Origin: Octopus bimaculoides
Taxonomy: Eukaryota
Direction: 5' to 3'
DNA length: 64,000 bases
Assembly: GCF_001194135.2 (NCBI RefSeq)
Contig: NC_068992.1
Location: forward strand, 8,101,438 to 8,165,437
Within the stretch, counting starts at the first letter, position 1. Each line of letters begins with the position of its first letter. The notes under the pieces were generated by a model. That model made no database searches. It had not been told where the DNA came from and was given only the letters and a program-made list of their open reading frames with translations. The position numbers and the translations under genes are program-made. Below are positions 63,819 through 64,000 of the stretch, piece after piece.

Positions 63819-63971
63819 TGGGAACAAAAACTAGAGAAAGGTCAGGAAGACTTTGAGAAAATATCAGAAATAATCCGGAAAGAAGTGAAGTTTTTTGAAG
63901 TGTGCAGAGTGGCTGACTTTAAAGCTGCCGTGATTACTTACCTGGAACATTTGATGGAGACTCAACAAAAG
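63819..63971 (+). CDS. SNX2: SNX1/2 penultimate coding exon (WEQKLEKGQEDFEKISEIIRKEV...LEHLMETQQK), phase 0 to 0
   Basis: cttttcag acceptor, AAG|gtgagt donor, 51 codons; the final exon is expected beyond the window. Confidence 0.96.
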
Positions 63972-64000
63972 GTGAGTAATGGATTGAAGAGATGGATGAA

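Larger units (their letters stand above)
7483..63971 (+). other. SNX2: Sorting nexin-1/2 orthologue (PX-BAR; retromer/ESCPE-1 subunit), partial multi-exon gene span
   Basis: Spliced exons give the PX motifs VGDGMGAYIVYKV, RRFSDFLGLHEKL and VPPAPEKS, and BAR segments WFEEKQQQ, FAKSAAMLGNAEEHTALSRALSQLAE and DFEKISEIIRKEV, all closely matching SNX1/SNX2. Likely the single invertebrate co-orthologue of SNX1 and SNX2. Confidence 0.95.

Overview
AT-rich, microsatellite- and SINE-dense animal genomic DNA with seven assembly gaps. The repeat families look like those of Octopus (inference from recalled repeat sequences, not a database hit). The window is almost entirely one + strand multi-exon gene, a sorting nexin-1/2 (SNX1/SNX2) PX-BAR orthologue. 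Eleven coding exons are identifiable, with canonical AG/GT boundaries and consistent phases. Exon 1 probably lies upstream, the last exon downstream, and about 60 aa between the PX and BAR regions are not visible (probably in a gap). Nearly all ORFs in the supplied track are spurious. Best leads: (1) two different short elements carrying minimal type-I hammerhead ribozyme motifs, one a tRNA-headed inverted element with a 10-bp target-site duplication (41126-41634), the other with a G3/C8-swapped core inserted in (TA)n (56543-56741); (2) a tandemly duplicated, frame-symmetric SNX exon with a synonymous-biased substitution pattern (14393-14494 vs 18370-18465); (3) a 28-bp intronic hairpin with pre-miRNA geometry (8526-8586); (4) an antisense SAP-domain transposon-like fragment (27207-27401).
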